Program-made: the position numbers and the translations under genes | Part shown: piece after piece, positions 62,241 through 64,000 of the stretch | Layout of the letters: every line of letters starts with the position of its first letter | Position numbering within the stretch: position 1 is the stretch's first letter | The notes under the pieces: model-generated | Database searches by the model: none | What the model was told of the DNA's origin: nothing | What the model saw: only the letters and a program-made list of their open reading frames with translations | Origin: an uncultured Chloroflexia bacterium | GTDB lineage: Bacteria > Chloroflexota > Anaerolineae > Anaerolineales > UBA4823 | Direction of reading: 5' to 3' | Assembly (NCBI GenBank): GCA_963714425.1 | Contig: CAVQOI010000001.1 | Coordinates: 286,938 to 350,937, forward strand | Length of the DNA: 64,000 bases

Positions 62241-62939
62241 ATGAATGATCGTTCCCCAACATACCGCATCACTGATCTAAATGAAGCTGAACGGCCGCGT
62301 GAGCGGTTGCGGCGATTAGGCGCGCAAGCGCTCACCTCAGCAGAACTCCTGGGTATCTTGCTTCGGGTTGGCGTCCCCGGTGAAAATGCTGTCCAGGTAG
62401 GGCAGCGGCTGATCCAGGCAATGGGTGGCTTGGATGGGTTGCACCGTGCGTCCTTCGACGAGGTGTGTGCCCAGCACGGTATCGGAGACGCAAAAGCCGC
62501 CCAGATCAAGGCGGCAATTGAGCTTGGACGCCGCCTGGCTGCCGAATCTCCCGAAGACCGGCCTGCCATCCATAGCCCACAGGACGCTGCCGACCTCGTG
62601 CGGTATGAGATGAGCGCTCTCGAGCAAGAGGAGCTGAGAGTATTGCTCCTGGATAACCGCAACCGGCTGCTGGCGGTGGAGACAGTCTACCGCGGCTCAG
62701 TGAACTCTTCTCAGGTGCGTGTGGGAGAATTGTTCAAGGCTGCTGTTCGGCGCAACGCAGCGGCGCTCGTGGTGGCACATAACCACCCTAGCGGCGATCC
62801 TGCGCCAAGCCCGGATGATGTAGCGGTGACGCGGGCTATCGTCCAGGCAGGCAAGCTGCTGGATATCGAAGTTCTGGATCACCTGGTGATCGGGGCGGGA
62901 AGGTTTGTGTCGTTGAAGGAAAGAGGCTTGGGATTTTGA
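62241..62939 (+). CDS. radC: RadC-family JAB/MPN domain protein
   Basis: N-terminal HhH region (ERPRERL...LTSAELLGILLRVG) and the JAMM motif HNHPSGDPAPSPDD. Confidence 0.9.
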   Translation: MNDRSPTYRITDLNEAERPRERLRRLGAQALTSAELLGILLRVGVPGENAVQVGQRLIQAMGGLDGLHRASFDEVCAQHGIGDAKAAQIKAAIELGRRLAAESPEDRPAIHSPQDAADLVRYEMSALEQEELRVLLLDNRNRLLAVETVYRGSVNSSQVRVGELFKAAVRRNAAALVVAHNHPSGDPAPSPDDVAVTRAIVQAGKLLDIEVLDHLVIGAGRFVSLKERGLGF

Positions 62940-63025
62940 CTGCTGGTGAATTACTGTGGAGGAGTGAGGAGGAAGAAACGATTGCTCAACTTTCTTCCGT
63001 CGGTAGCAAAACACCTCTCGAAAAC

Positions 63026-63319
63026 TCAAAATGTTGACCTGACATAGAAGCTCTTAAACTCGCCCGCATGTTCCTCCCACTCGAAATCCACGCCACTTAC
63101 GTAGGCGCCGCGCGGTCCGTGGCGCAACGCAGCCAGAAGCTGTTCTAACGCAAGGCGATTGCCTTCTGCCACAACCTCCACACCGCCGCTCCACAGGTTT
63201 CGCACCCATCCACGCAAGTGTAAAGAGACAGCAGTCTCCTGGACAAAGAAGCGAAAACCCACACCTTGCACACGCCCTTCAAGGGTAGCGTGTAACCTTG
63301 CGCTATCACCGTCTGTCAT
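63026..63319 (-). CDS. acyP: acylphosphatase
   Basis: GRVQGVGFRFF and GWVRN motifs. ATG 63319 overlaps the upstream stop (ATGA). Confidence 0.88.
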   Translation of the reverse strand: MTDGDSARLHATLEGRVQGVGFRFFVQETAVSLHLRGWVRNLWSGGVEVVAEGNRLALEQLLAALRHGPRGAYVSGVDFEWEEHAGEFKSFYVRSTF

Positions 63320-64000
63320 AAGCTTTCGTTCGACGGATTTGCTGACGGCTGCTTCCTTGCTCCGCAAATAGTTAGCCAGAGGGGGACAATCAAAGCCAGC
63401 ACCAGCAATCCCAGCCAGGGGGAGAGATTCACTATCGCGCGCAGTGCACCAGGATTCCCAAACGCCTCACGACGCCAGCGTAACTCTAGCTGGTTCAGAG
63501 TGCTTCCTAGTGCCACTTGCACGCCACGCTCACAAGACAATCCATCCGCATAGGCTCTGGTGAGCTTCTCTAAACCGTTAGATCCATATTGCCGCTGGAG
63601 GAAACGCGTAAACGAAGTTGCTTGTGCATAAGCAAGAAATGCACCCGATGCATCGCGGGGAAAGGTATCGCACAAGCTCACTATGGGCAGTAGGTCATCC
63701 TTATCAAAAGCGTTATCGAGCAGCGCGAGGTAATCTGGGTTGGGGTACAGCTCCGATATTGAAGCCAATCCTTCTTCCAGCCAGGTTGGAAGGTTGGTGT
63801 ATCCCGCTCCAAGCCAATGGTAGAGCATTAAGTGCATTGTCTCGTGAGGGATTTGGCGCTCCATCTCTAACCGCTGCTCGGGGCCTGCCGGCAGCGAGAC
63901 AACCATAACACCCAGATCCGGGTCGGTGTGGGCTCCAACCCAGCTCGTTCCAAGCAGCTGAAGGGTGGCGCGCATTTCTTGAGCGCTGTCGTAAGCGTAA
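63316..64000 (-). CDS. HExxH zinc-metalloprotease-like membrane protein (5' end outside the window)
   Basis: HETMH motif followed by ...WLEEGLA. C-terminal TM helix LSPWLGLLVLALIVPLWLTI. The frame stays open to the window edge. Confidence 0.6.
   Translation of the reverse strand, partial: YAYDSAQEMRATLQLLGTSWVGAHTDPDLGVMVVSLPAGPEQRLEMERQIPHETMHLMLYHWLGAGYTNLPTWLEEGLASISELYPNPDYLALLDNAFDKDDLLPIVSLCDTFPRDASGAFLAYAQATSFTRFLQRQYGSNGLEKLTRAYADGLSCERGVQVALGSTLNQLELRWRREAFGNPGALRAIVNLSPWLGLLVLALIVPLWLTICGARKQPSANPSNESL

Noticed and set aside
62241-62939. RadC/JAB protein plus neighbouring zinc-ribbon gene considered as part of a mobile or anti-defence island
   Set aside because: It has the full-length housekeeping-type RadC architecture (HhH + JAMM). 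It is flanked by eno, acyP and other core genes. I saw no compositional shift, repeats or mobility genes.

Overview
This window is GC-rich, densely packed bacterial chromosome, mostly core metabolism and housekeeping. I guess a Chloroflexota/Anaerolineae-like monoderm from protein style and the 16S rRNA, but no search was run. All calls rest on motif recognition by eye, and RNA ends are accurate to about +/-5 nt.

Layout:
- 0-12.7 kb (minus strand): TetR-headed beta-oxidation string. It holds an MBL hydrolase, an ACAD pair with one degenerate subunit, two lipoproteins, a FadN-type fusion, a thiolase and an SCP2 protein.
- 12.7-16.4 kb: tightly packed signalling operon (REC/CpaE-like regulator, sirtuin, GAF histidine kinase, methyltransferase).
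- 16.5-36.7 kb: tilS, moaA, a recombinase-like gene lacking catalytic residues, a CHRD protein, an SLT-domain gene, an AT-rich two-gene radical-SAM island, an M23 peptidase, rho, a VIT/VWA surface protein, prfA-prmC, YceI, a DUF218 protein, coaBC and a DUF952 protein.
- 36.8-49 kb: an alpha/beta hydrolase lipoprotein, a polysaccharide-type cluster (GT4, heparinase II/III-like, bi-domain oxidoreductase, M20), an M29 aminopeptidase, a UPF0316 protein and glgP.
- 49-56 kb: rpsU-infA, a complete rRNA operon (16S, tRNA-Ile, tRNA-Ala, 23S, 5S; minus strand) and a divergent RNase P RNA.
- 56-64 kb: PEBP, cyclase, Roadblock, pyrG, plsC, eno, a zinc-ribbon protein, radC, acyP and a 5'-truncated HExxH protease.

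Most interesting items:
1. An AT-rich island with a B12-binding radical SAM enzyme translationally coupled to a 61-aa acidic ORF.
2. A GxxExxY nuclease-fold gene on a cassette bounded by inverted arrays of 10-bp repeats, sitting exactly in the fadN-thiolase intergenic space.
3. A consensus promoter plus attenuator-like leader upstream of rpsU-infA.
4. Overlapping back-to-back near-consensus promoters for the rRNA operon and rnpB.

Two genes (thiolase and the SLT protein) have single frame breaks. This may reflect assembly quality rather than biology.
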